In this document: positions 18,651 through 27,211 of the stretch, piece after piece
Layout: each line of letters opens with the position of its first letter
How positions within the stretch are numbered: the first letter of the stretch is position 1
Source of the DNA: an uncultured Gemmatimonadaceae bacterium
GTDB lineage: Bacteria > Gemmatimonadota > Gemmatimonadetes > Gemmatimonadales > Gemmatimonadaceae
Assembly (NCBI GenBank): GCA_963761305.1
Contig: CAVXGK010000002.1
Span: 64,001-128,000, forward strand
Direction: 5' to 3'
Length of the DNA: 64,000 nt
Translations under genes and position numbers: made by a program
The notes under the pieces: model-generated
Told to the model about the DNA's origin: nothing
Databases searched by the model: none
The model's input: only the letters and a program-made list of their open reading frames with translations

Positions 18651-19333
18651 CAGGCGGCTCGTTCGGTCGGCGAATCGGAAACAACGCGGCCGTCGCTCAA
18701 CCGGATCACGCGCTGCGCGCGCGATGCCAGCGCGTGGTCGTGCGTCACGAGCACCACGGTCGCATTGGATTCGCGATTCAACGCCTCCAGCAGCTCGACG
18801 ATGCGTCCGCCCGTGTCGCTGTCGAGATTGCCGGTCGGCTCGTCGGCGAACAGAATGCGCGGCGCGTTGGAGAACGCGCGGGCAATCGCGACGCGTTGCT
18901 GCTCGCCGCCGGAAAGCTGCATTGGAAAGTGGTGGAGGCGATCGCCGAGCCCGACGCGTCGCAGCAGGTCGCCGGCGCGATCGGCGGCGCCGGACTCGCC
19001 GCGCAGCTCGAGCGGCACCTGCACGTTCTCGAGCGCCGTGAGCGTGGGAAGCAGCTGGAAGCTCTGAAAGACGAAGCCGACCTTTTGGCCGCGCAACTTG
19101 GCGCGTCCGTCTTCGCTGAGCGCCGTGAGGTCGGCGTCGTCGAGGAGCACCTGACCGCGCGTCGGGGTATCAAGTCCGGCGAGCAGACCGAGCAGTGTGG
19201 TCTTGCCGCTTCCGGATGGCCCGACGATCGCGACGAACGAGCCCTGCGGGATGCTGAACGACACGTCGCGCAGTACCGCCAATGTGTTGTCGCCGCTGCG
19301 ATATTCTTTCGTGAGATCCCGGGCAAGGAGCAT
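18650..19333 (-). CDS. ybbA: ABC transporter ATP-binding protein, YbbA/LolD-like
   Basis: GPSGSGKT, LSGGEQQRV, FADEPTGNLD, VTHD. Confidence 0.92.
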   Translation of the reverse strand: MLLARDLTKEYRSGDNTLAVLRDVSFSIPQGSFVAIVGPSGSGKTTLLGLLAGLDTPTRGQVLLDDADLTALSEDGRAKLRGQKVGFVFQSFQLLPTLTALENVQVPLELRGESGAADRAGDLLRRVGLGDRLHHFPMQLSGGEQQRVAIARAFSNAPRILFADEPTGNLDSDTGGRIVELLEALNRESNATVVLVTHDHALASRAQRVIRLSDGRVVSDSPTERAA

Positions 19334-19338
19334 GTCGC

Positions 19339-20118
19339 GTGAGGTCAGGCGAGAGGAGAAGTGAGTTGTGGCGAAGCGCTCGCCGACTGGTCATGGCCGC
19401 GTTCGGCGTGGCGTCGGTGGGGGCCTGCGGACGCGACCGCACCACCGCCGGTGCGACGGTCGTGCGCGCTGACTCATCGCCCCGTACGGAATCTAGAGCC
19501 GCACAGTTGCGAGACGCGCCCGCTGTGGCGCAGTCGGACGGCGACGTGCAGAAGCGATCGACGATCGTCTTCGCCGGGACGAGCCTCACGGCGGGACTCG
19601 GCCTCGACCCCGACAGCGCGTACCCGACGCTGATTCAGCGAAAGATCGATTCGGCGGGACTGCGGTTTCAGGTTGTGAATGCCGGTGTGAGCGGCGAGAC
19701 GTCGTCGGGTTTGCTCGACCGGTTGAACTGGCTGCTCCGCGGCACGTTCGACGTCTTCGTGATCGAGACCGGAGCGAATGACGGACTCCGCGGGATTCCG
19801 ACGGCGACCCTCCGCTCCAACCTCGAGGCGGCGGTGGATCGGGTGAAGGCCACGCGCCCCGGGGCGACGATCGTGCTCATTCAAATGGAAGCGCTGCCGA
19901 ATCTTGGGGCAAAGTACACGTCGGATTTTCACGCCGTATATCCGACGGTGGCGCGCGAAAAAGGAGTGACGCTGCTGCCGTTTCTCCTCGACGGGGTGGC
20001 CGGGCGCCGCGGGCTCAACCAAGGCGACGGAGTGCACCCGAACAACGTCGGGGAGCGGATCGTGGCGGCGAACGTTTGGCGCGGCCTGGAGCCGGTTCTG
20101 GAGGCCCGGACAAAGTAG
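19339..20118 (+). CDS. tesA: Arylesterase/acyl-CoA thioesterase I (SGNH hydrolase), lipoprotein
   Basis: GTSLTAG, NAGVSGET, GANDGLRG, DGVHPN; divergent from ybbA as in the conserved tesA-ybbAP layout. Confidence 0.88.
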   Translation: MRSGERRSELWRSARRLVMAAFGVASVGACGRDRTTAGATVVRADSSPRTESRAAQLRDAPAVAQSDGDVQKRSTIVFAGTSLTAGLGLDPDSAYPTLIQRKIDSAGLRFQVVNAGVSGETSSGLLDRLNWLLRGTFDVFVIETGANDGLRGIPTATLRSNLEAAVDRVKATRPGATIVLIQMEALPNLGAKYTSDFHAVYPTVAREKGVTLLPFLLDGVAGRRGLNQGDGVHPNNVGERIVAANVWRGLEPVLEARTK

Positions 20119-20132
20119 ATTTGCGCCCCTCG

Positions 20133-20161
20133 TTGACTGCCTCGCTTCGACACGATAAGTT
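20133..20161 (+). promoter_or_regulatory. Putative sigma70 promoter of efp
   Basis: TTGACT-17 bp-TAAGTT. Confidence 0.5.
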
Positions 20162-20206
20162 TAACGGCTGTCTACGTTTAGACCTCAGATTTCACGAGTG
20201 ATCGAT

Positions 20207-20770
20207 ATGGCAATTCCGGCGACGCAAATCCGGCGAGGCATGGTGCTCGTTTTCGAGGGCGATCCGTGTCGCGTCATCGAATTCCGGCATCATACGCCGG
20301 GCAATCTGCGCGCAATGGTGCAGGCCAAGCTCAAGAACCTTCGAACGGGTTCGAACTTCGAGCATCGGTTCCGCGCCGCGGACTCGATCGACCCGGCCTC
20401 GATGGAGACGCACGATCTGGAGTTCCTCTATCAGGGCGGCGACACGTATCACTTCATGAACACGGAGAATTACGACCAGCTGGAGATGGACGAGGAGACG
20501 CTGGGCGACAACGCGCAGTGGATGCAGCCGAACATGAAGATCCAGGCCGAGTACTACGATGGACGTCCGGTCGGGATCAAGCTGCCGAACTCGCTGGTGC
20601 TCGAGGTCGTCGATACGGCGCCGGTCATGAAGACGGCGACGAAGACGGCCTCGACAAAGCCGGCCAAGCTGGAGAACGGTGTCACGATCAACGTGCCCGA
20701 GTTCGTGGGCACGGGCGACAAGGTGAAGGTGAATCCGTCGACGGGTGAGTATCAGGAGCGGGCGAAGTGA
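20207..20770 (+). CDS. efp: Elongation factor P
   Basis: HHTPGNLRAMVQAKLKNL, FLYQ..DTYHFMN.ENYDQ, KPAKLENG...VPEFV. Confidence 0.95.
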   Translation: MAIPATQIRRGMVLVFEGDPCRVIEFRHHTPGNLRAMVQAKLKNLRTGSNFEHRFRAADSIDPASMETHDLEFLYQGGDTYHFMNTENYDQLEMDEETLGDNAQWMQPNMKIQAEYYDGRPVGIKLPNSLVLEVVDTAPVMKTATKTASTKPAKLENGVTINVPEFVGTGDKVKVNPSTGEYQERAK

Positions 20771-20788
20771 CAGCCGGCTGCGCGCTGA

Positions 20789-20817
20789 TTGATCGGCACC
20801 GAAGCGCGGATTAAACT
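20789..20817 (+). promoter_or_regulatory. Putative sigma70 promoter of the tRNA cluster
   Basis: TTGATC-17 bp-TAAACT. Confidence 0.55.
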
Positions 20818-20862
20818 GAAGGTTTGCGGTAGGTTGTACGGCCGTGCGGGGAAGGACCCGAT

Positions 20863-20937
20863 GGTGACTGTAGCTCAATCGGTTAGAGCACCGGACTGTG
20901 GCTCCGGGGGTTGCGGGTTCAATTCCCGTCAGTCACC
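20863..20937 (+). tRNA. tRNA-His(GTG)
   Basis: Cloverleaf with encoded G-1, GTGACTG/CAGTCAC stem, loop CTGTGGC, GGTTCAATTCC. Confidence 0.95.
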
Positions 20938-20979
20938 CTGCGGCGGTCGCCGAGGCGAGGCGGCGCGGGAATTGGAGTT

Positions 20980-21052
20980 AGGTCGGTAGCTCAACTGGTA
21001 GAGCACTGGTCTCCAAAACCAGCGGTTGGGGGTTCAAGTCCCTCCCGGCCTG
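20980..21052 (+). tRNA. tRNA-Trp(CCA)
   Basis: AGGTCGG/CCGGCCT stem, loop CTCCAAA, GGTTCAAGTCC. Confidence 0.95.
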
Positions 21053-21169
21053 TGAGAGCAAAAGGGCACGTGGACGAGTTAGGGGAAGTGTGCGGGCGGA
21101 CACTGTAGGCGTCAGCGACGGGCGGCAGCATCAGTGGGAAGGCGGCAACGAGCGAGAAGCAAGTCCTAG

Positions 21170-21242
21170 GGCGGTATCGTCTAGGGGACTAGGACGGGGC
21201 CCTCTCAAGGCCCAAACACGGGTTCGAATCCCGTTACCGCTA
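21170..21242 (+). tRNA. tRNA-Glu(CTC)
   Basis: GGCGGTA/TACCGCT stem, loop CTCTCAA, GGTTCGAATCC. Confidence 0.93.
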
Positions 21243-21291
21243 TTGGAAGTTGTGGTATGAGATGGTTGGAACAGGTGGTTCGCGTCGACCT

Positions 21292-21363
21292 GGCCCGTTC
21301 GTCTATCGGTTAGGACGGCACCCTTTCACGGTGCAGAGAGGGGTTCGATTCCCCTACGGGCTA
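21292..21363 (+). tRNA. tRNA-Glu(TTC)
   Basis: GGCCCGT/ACGGGCT stem, loop CTTTCAC, GGTTCGATTCC. Confidence 0.95.
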
Positions 21364-21475
21364 TCGAACGCAGGTGGGCAGGCGGACAGCAGGCGATGAA
21401 AGGGATTGGAGAGTTGGCGCGAGGCGCGGGTGTAGGTCCACCCGTCACCCCGTCCACCTGTCCACCCGAAGTTCA

Positions 21476-21550
21476 GGGGGCGTAGCTCAGTTTGGTTAGA
21501 GCACTCGACTGTCACTCGAGAGGTCGCGGGTTCGAGCCCCGTCGCTCCCG
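21476..21550 (+). tRNA. tRNA-Asp(GTC)
   Basis: GGGGGCG/CGCTCCC stem, loop CTGTCAC, GGTTCGAGCCC. Confidence 0.95.
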
Positions 21551-21633
21551 TGTTGGACAGCTAAGGCGAAAGTTGGAATTCGAAATTCCGATTCTCTGAT
21601 AGCTGAAATGTGGTTGATGGTCGCACGTGGAAT

Positions 21634-21715
21634 GCCCTGGTGGTGAAATTGGTAGACACGCCATCTTGAGGGGGTGGTGCCGCAAGGCGTCACGGTTCGA
21701 GTCCGTGCCAGGGCA
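21634..21715 (+). tRNA. tRNA-Leu(GAG)
   Basis: GCCCTGG/CCAGGGC stem, loop TTGAGGG, long variable arm GCCGCAAGGC. Confidence 0.95.
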
Positions 21716-21747
21716 TGCAGCACAGTCGTCCTAGAGTCGAGAACGTC

Positions 21748-21819
21748 GCCAGCGTAGCTCAGTGGTAGAGCACTCGATTCGTAATCGAGCGGTCGTCGGT
21801 TCAATCCCGACCGCTGGCT
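21748..21819 (+). tRNA. tRNA-Thr(CGT)
   Basis: GCCAGCG/CGCTGGC stem, loop TTCGTAA, GGTTCAATCCC. Confidence 0.95.
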
Positions 21820-21845
21820 CTGAAAACCAGCACATCAGCACGGTC

Positions 21846-21873
21846 GGCGCCGCGATGAGCGGCGCTTTTGTTT
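21846..21873 (+). terminator. Rho-independent terminator after the tRNA cluster
   Basis: GGCGCCGC-gatga-GCGGCGCT followed by TTTGTTT. Confidence 0.75.
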
Positions 21874-22007
21874 GGCCATCGATTGCCGGCTCTGGCTTCG
21901 ATCGAGGGAGAGAAAGCGTTCAATTCTTCCCGCCCGGCGACAGAACGCAGCCTCGGCGCACCATGTCGGACTCGAGTGCGGAGTGCGGTGCGCGGCTTCC
22001 GCCGAGT

Positions 22008-23336
22008 TCAGCGCTCCGACGCGACCGGTTGTTTCAGCAAATGCTCGACGTAATCGCCGATGCGTTTGGTGTTGCCCTGATCCCAGCCGGTGACGATCTG
22101 TCGAATCGTCCCCGCACGATCGAGGATGATGATCTGCGGAATGCCACCGACGCGATAGGCGGCATCCACGGCCGGCTCCTGATTGCCGGTCGGGCGCGGG
22201 CTGATGGCGATGCGGAACGGAAGTGCGTGCTCCTGCGTGTAGTACACGCGATCGGCTTCCACTTCCTGCTCGGGCGACAACGGGCGCTGGAGCCCGAGGT
22301 AGCCGTACAGCTCCGTCACCATCACGCCCTCGAATGCCTGTCCCTTGAAGCGCTCCGCCAACGCGCGAAGGCCGGGGTAGCTGTTCTTGCAGGGCACACA
22401 CCAGTGCGCGGTGAACTCGACGAGATGCACCTTGCCGTCGCCCGGTTGTATCGGTGACGTCGACGTGCCGGAGTTGAGCCACCAAGTGCCGGTCACCTGC
22501 GGGGCCTTGGTGCCGATCAGCGCGTAACGATTTCGGAAATCGGCGAAGCGCGCGGTCGTCTGCTCCGCACCGAGCTCTTTCTCGGCGCCATCGAGAATCG
22601 CGAGCGCGGAATCGGGTTGCAGGCGGTCCGCGGCCGAACGGGCGAGGGACTCGAAGCCCATGATCATCGCGCCCGGCTTGCCGAGCCGCCGGCCGAGGGC
22701 GATGAGCGCGGTGGCGTGGACGCGCAGCCCTTCGTTGACGTCGAGATACTCGTACCGGCCGAGCAGCGTTTGATGCGCGCTCAGCTTGAGGTCGGCGAGC
22801 GAGTCCGGCAGCGCGTCGATCTGTTTCGCGACATGCTCAGCGCCGTCGAGGATTCCGAAATGGTCTCTCGCCGCGCCGATTTCCTGGCCGAGCGCGTCGA
22901 GGAGCGTTTGGCCGTGCTGTCGCGGCGAGAGATCGGCGGCGGCGAGCGCGCGCTCCGACGCGCGACGACGATTCGCCGTGTCGCCGATGAACGTGTAGAG
23001 ACTCACGAGGTCCGACAGCTGCGACGTCGGCGTTTTCTCGACGCTGAACTTCGCCGCGCATTCTTTCGCCGACCGGACGGCTTCGGCATTCACGGTGGCG
23101 TACACGCGTTGATAGATGCTCACGGCGCTGTCGCGCGCCTCGGGGCTCGCGCTTCGAACGGCGGTCGCCGCGGGCGTCATCTGAGCGACGCGCCAGTCGT
23201 TGAGTCCCTTGACGCAATCGCCGGGCGTCTTCGCGTCCACGGTCGGCGCCTTCGCCGCTGCCGGCGTCTGCGCCGAGGCGGCGAGCGGCAACGAAAGGAG
23301 CAGTGCGGCGACGGTCGTCGAGTGCATGCGCGTCAT
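22008..23336 (-). CDS. TlpA/ResA-like thiol-disulfide oxidoreductase with helical N-domain
   Basis: Signal peptide; EFTAHWCVPCK; YRVGGIP cis-Pro loop; adjacent to dsbD. Confidence 0.85.
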   Translation of the reverse strand: MTRMHSTTVAALLLSLPLAASAQTPAAAKAPTVDAKTPGDCVKGLNDWRVAQMTPAATAVRSASPEARDSAVSIYQRVYATVNAEAVRSAKECAAKFSVEKTPTSQLSDLVSLYTFIGDTANRRRASERALAAADLSPRQHGQTLLDALGQEIGAARDHFGILDGAEHVAKQIDALPDSLADLKLSAHQTLLGRYEYLDVNEGLRVHATALIALGRRLGKPGAMIMGFESLARSAADRLQPDSALAILDGAEKELGAEQTTARFADFRNRYALIGTKAPQVTGTWWLNSGTSTSPIQPGDGKVHLVEFTAHWCVPCKNSYPGLRALAERFKGQAFEGVMVTELYGYLGLQRPLSPEQEVEADRVYYTQEHALPFRIAISPRPTGNQEPAVDAAYRVGGIPQIIILDRAGTIRQIVTGWDQGNTKRIGDYVEHLLKQPVASER

Positions 23337-23352
23337 CGGTGCCTCGCGTCGT

Positions 23353-25266
23353 TCATTGTGCGGCACGCGCCCCGGCGAGGAACCGGACGAATTCGCTCGC
23401 GTCGCGTGTCATGCCGAGAAACGTCGCCAACGGCTTGCCGGCGGAGTCGACGACGGCGTACAGCGGGAGCGCCACGGTCTGAAATCGGTCGCGCTCGAAG
23501 ATCTGCTGCTGTCGGTCCACGTCGCCGCGTCCGTCGGTGAACAGGCGAACGCGGACGAACTGCGAGAGCTCGCGCTCGACCTCCGGCCGCGGGAACATGT
23601 TCGCTTCCATCCACCGGCAATTAGTACAGGTATATCCAGTAAAGTCGATGAGAACAAGCTTACGCTGTGAGCGCGCGGCTTGCAGGCCGTGGTCGAGGTC
23701 GTCGAGCACCCAGCTCAGTTCGCTCCCCGACGCGACACCTGTCGCGGCGTGACCGGCGGGTGGCAAGAACGACTCGAGTTCTCCGAGGCGGGCGCCGGTG
23801 AGGCCGGAGGCGACGAACGCCGTCGCGCCGAGCGCGAGCACGCCGGGAACAGGGCGCCACGGCGCGTGTCGAGCGAAGGCCGGCCGCTTGAACCGCAAAC
23901 CGAATAGGTACGCGGCGAGCAAGGCGAAGATCACCGCCCACAGCGCGACGACAACCTGGCGAGTGAACACCCCCCATCCCTCGACGAGGTCGGCGTTGCT
24001 CAGGAACTTGAGCGCCGCTGCCAACTCGATGAATCCGAGCGCGCCCTTCATGGTCGCCAGCCACTCGCCGCTCCTCGGAAGCCGCGACAACGAACGCGGG
24101 ACGAGAGCGAGCACGAGGAAGGGAAGCGCGAACACCGACGAGAAGGCCAGGAGTCCCGCCGCCGGCCAGCGCCAGTCGCCTTGGGTCGCCGACACGAGCA
24201 GCGTTCCCACGAACGGCGCCGTGCAGGTGAACGTCGTCACGGCGAAGGTCGCGCCCATGAGAAGGCTCGTGGCTACTCTCCCGAACCGTGTGCCGTCCGC
24301 CGCCGCCGACATCCAGTTGACGAGTCGCGGCGGCAGCGCGACATGCAGTACGCCGAACAGGCTGAGCGCGAAGGCGATGAAGAGCGCGCCGATCGCGAGG
24401 TTGAGCACGGGATTGGCCGCGAGCCGGCTGAGTCCCGCGATTCCCATCACCGCGGAGAGACCGACGCCGAGTCCCGTGAACGCCGTGACGATGCCGCCGG
24501 CGTACAGCACCGCATCACCGATCGCCGCGCCACGGGTACCGCGATCGGCTCGGCTGAAATACGAGATGGTGATCGGCACCATCGGAAACACACAGGGCGT
24601 GAGCAGCGACAGCGCGCCCATCGTTCCAGCGAGCCACAAGAAGAGAACGAACGACTCGGCGCCCGAGTGGGATTGCAGCGGCGAGGCGGCTGCGTCCGAC
24701 GGGGTAGCTCCAAAGGTCGCCTGTGTCGGCGTGTTGAGTGGCGCGTTCGACCCGCCACCGCGCGCCACCGCCGAACTGCTTACAACGACCGAAACGTGAA
24801 CCGTGTCTTCGGTCGGCGGCAGGCAATAGCGGTCGTTGCACGTTTGATAGCCGACGCGCACGTCGACGCGTGCCTTTCCCGGGAGCGCCGGCGACGCGAT
24901 TCGCACCGGCACGCGGAACGAGACGGAGTCGTGGTACCACTCGGTCTGAATTCCGAAGTTCGGATCGAGCGCGATCGTGGGCATCGGCGAGCCAATCGTT
25001 CCGCCCAACGCGGCGAGCGACGCCGGTCCGACGCCGATCGTCGTCGCGATCGGTCCGCCGGGCGGTTCGGTGAGGCTGTACAGATGCCAGCCGACCGGAA
25101 TCGTCGAGTGGATCTCGACCGCGATTGTGTCTCCGTCGCGCACGGGCACGTTCTTCGGAGAACGCAACGCGAACTGGATCGGGTGCTCCTGCGCGACGAG
25201 CGGCGAACCGAGGGCCGCGAGCGACAAGCCGCCCCATCCGATGAATGCCGCCGTGTGCAGTCGCAT
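23353..25266 (-). CDS. dsbD: Thiol:disulfide interchange protein DsbD
   Basis: Alpha domain CNDRYCLPP, TM domain LTPCVFPMVP and FTCTAP, thioredoxin domain CTNC. Confidence 0.9.
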   Translation of the reverse strand: MRLHTAAFIGWGGLSLAALGSPLVAQEHPIQFALRSPKNVPVRDGDTIAVEIHSTIPVGWHLYSLTEPPGGPIATTIGVGPASLAALGGTIGSPMPTIALDPNFGIQTEWYHDSVSFRVPVRIASPALPGKARVDVRVGYQTCNDRYCLPPTEDTVHVSVVVSSSAVARGGGSNAPLNTPTQATFGATPSDAAASPLQSHSGAESFVLFLWLAGTMGALSLLTPCVFPMVPITISYFSRADRGTRGAAIGDAVLYAGGIVTAFTGLGVGLSAVMGIAGLSRLAANPVLNLAIGALFIAFALSLFGVLHVALPPRLVNWMSAAADGTRFGRVATSLLMGATFAVTTFTCTAPFVGTLLVSATQGDWRWPAAGLLAFSSVFALPFLVLALVPRSLSRLPRSGEWLATMKGALGFIELAAALKFLSNADLVEGWGVFTRQVVVALWAVIFALLAAYLFGLRFKRPAFARHAPWRPVPGVLALGATAFVASGLTGARLGELESFLPPAGHAATGVASGSELSWVLDDLDHGLQAARSQRKLVLIDFTGYTCTNCRWMEANMFPRPEVERELSQFVRVRLFTDGRGDVDRQQQIFERDRFQTVALPLYAVVDSAGKPLATFLGMTRDASEFVRFLAGARAAQ

Positions 25267-25347
25267 TCTTGAAACCTGTCCTGGTCGCCGTGTGATCCGC
25301 CACCGTCTACGGCTTGACGGACCCGCCATCGGAACTCGACAGGCGTG

Positions 25348-27168
25348 CTACAGGTCGGACTGGAGTAGGCGGCGCACTTCCTCATTTGCCTCGAGACGCG
25401 CGTCGATGTCGTCGCTGAGACGCCGAGCGTCGTCGAGATCGCGAGTCAGATCCGACGTGTCGACGCTCGTGGCGGAGAGGCGAAGCAGATCGAGACGGAG
25501 CATCTCGAGCGCGGCAACCACCGACTGCAACCGACGATCGGTCTCGGGGTTCGGCGTGCGGTCACGAAGCAGTTCCGCTTGACGTTCCAGGCGCACGGCG
25601 AGGTCCGGCAACGCGCCGAACTCGGTTCGCTGCGCTCCTGGCAGCGCGGCGAATAGGGTGGCGAGCTCGTCGCGGAGCGCCACCGACGTCGGCTCGCCGA
25701 CCGACGGCAGCGATGCGCGCTTGGCCAACCCGAGCGACGCGGCGCGGAACATCCAACGGCCGACTCGACCGCGCAGCAGGCGAGACCACCAACCATCCTG
25801 CGCGCGTCGCGATTCGAGAGCGCGACGAACGACCATGGTTGGAATGGCGATCGATCCGGCGAACCCGAGCAATTGCAGGGCGTCGCCCGGTGCACCCAGC
25901 AGAAAGAACGACCCGATCGATCCCGCGACACCCAGCGCCAGCTCGGCAGCCGTCCGCCTGGTGCTCGGGGCGGCGCGCTTGTCCAGGTCCTGCTCGCGCG
26001 CTTCGCCGAGCAACGCGGGCCGGACTGCGGAGTGGCCGTAGCCTGCCTCGAGCAGGCGTCGCGCGCGCGTCAGCAGTTGCACGACGCGGATGCCGGCCAG
26101 GCCAGCCATCGAGATCGTAACGGCCAAATACATCACGATCACGAACGACATGCCGAACAGATCGCCCGGTGGCCGCGGCATCTCGGTCGCGAGGATGGCG
26201 AGAATTGTCGAGACGGTGCCGGCGCCGATGGCGTTTGCCACCTCCGCTCCTACGTGGTCGGCCTCGCGGGTGAACGCGCGAACGGGCGCGGCGATCTCGT
26301 TCCCACCGCCGGCCGACCGAATGGCGACCACCAACTCCTCAGCCGACGGCCATCGCTCGGCTGGATTGCGGGACAGAGAGCGATCGATCGCGGCGGCGAA
26401 CCTCGGCGGAACGTCGGTGCGCGCCGCGGCGAGCGGCGTCGGTGCCAACATGACTTTGCGGGCGAGAATCGACGCCGTCGAGTCGCCGTCGATCGGTGCG
26501 TGTCCGGTCGTCGCGAAATAAGCGACCGCGCCGAGCGAGTAGAGATCGCTTCGTCCGTCGACCGACTCGCCGTTTGCTTGCTCCGGACTCATGTAGCGCG
26601 GCGTGCCGATGATCGCACCGGGGTTGCTCGTGCTCGGACCTCCGTCGACGCGCGCGATGCCGAAGTCGGTGACGAGGGCACGGCCGGTGTCGCGCTCGAG
26701 AAGAATGTTGTCGGGCTTGACGTCGCGGTGGATTACGCCGTGTCCGTGGGCATGACCCAGCGCCCACGCGACCTCCTGCGTCACGCGGATCGCTTCCGTG
26801 ACGCGCAGCGGACCAACGCGCGCGACGCGAGCCGACAGCGTCTCGCCGTCGACGAAACCCATGACGAAGAACGCGAGATCGGCGTGCTCCTCGACAGAGT
26901 GAATCGGCACGATGTTCGGATGCGACAGCCGAGCGGCCGCTCGCGCCTCGCGGACGAATCGCGCGCGGTGCCCGGGGTCGATCGCCAGCACAGGCGGCAG
27001 GAGCTTGATGGCGACCGGCCGCTCGAGCGCGACGTCGCGGGCGAGAAACACGATGCCCATGCCGCCGCGACCGATCTCGCGGACGATGGAATACCGTCCG
27101 GCGACCACGCGCTGCAGGGCAATCAGTTCCGGCGACGGTCCGGTGGACGACGCAGGGGCGGAAGTCAT
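25348..27168 (-). CDS. Hanks-type Ser/Thr protein kinase with TM C-terminus
   Basis: GRGGMG, VAIK, HRDVKPDN, DFG, GTPRYMSPEQ. Confidence 0.93.
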   Translation of the reverse strand: MTSAPASSTGPSPELIALQRVVAGRYSIVREIGRGGMGIVFLARDVALERPVAIKLLPPVLAIDPGHRARFVREARAAARLSHPNIVPIHSVEEHADLAFFVMGFVDGETLSARVARVGPLRVTEAIRVTQEVAWALGHAHGHGVIHRDVKPDNILLERDTGRALVTDFGIARVDGGPSTSNPGAIIGTPRYMSPEQANGESVDGRSDLYSLGAVAYFATTGHAPIDGDSTASILARKVMLAPTPLAAARTDVPPRFAAAIDRSLSRNPAERWPSAEELVVAIRSAGGGNEIAAPVRAFTREADHVGAEVANAIGAGTVSTILAILATEMPRPPGDLFGMSFVIVMYLAVTISMAGLAGIRVVQLLTRARRLLEAGYGHSAVRPALLGEAREQDLDKRAAPSTRRTAAELALGVAGSIGSFFLLGAPGDALQLLGFAGSIAIPTMVVRRALESRRAQDGWWSRLLRGRVGRWMFRAASLGLAKRASLPSVGEPTSVALRDELATLFAALPGAQRTEFGALPDLAVRLERQAELLRDRTPNPETDRRLQSVVAALEMLRLDLLRLSATSVDTSDLTRDLDDARRLSDDIDARLEANEEVRRLLQSDL

Positions 27169-27211
27169 GTCGAAGCCCTACGGACGAGGCGTCGCCGGAG
27201 ATTCCGCCGGG

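Noticed and set aside
21820..22007. Integration site at the tRNA-Thr 3' end
   Set aside because: No integrase and no duplicated tRNA 3' fragment noticed in the window
20789..22457. Short ORFs across the tRNA cluster
   Set aside because: They overlap tRNA genes and show no protein-like features
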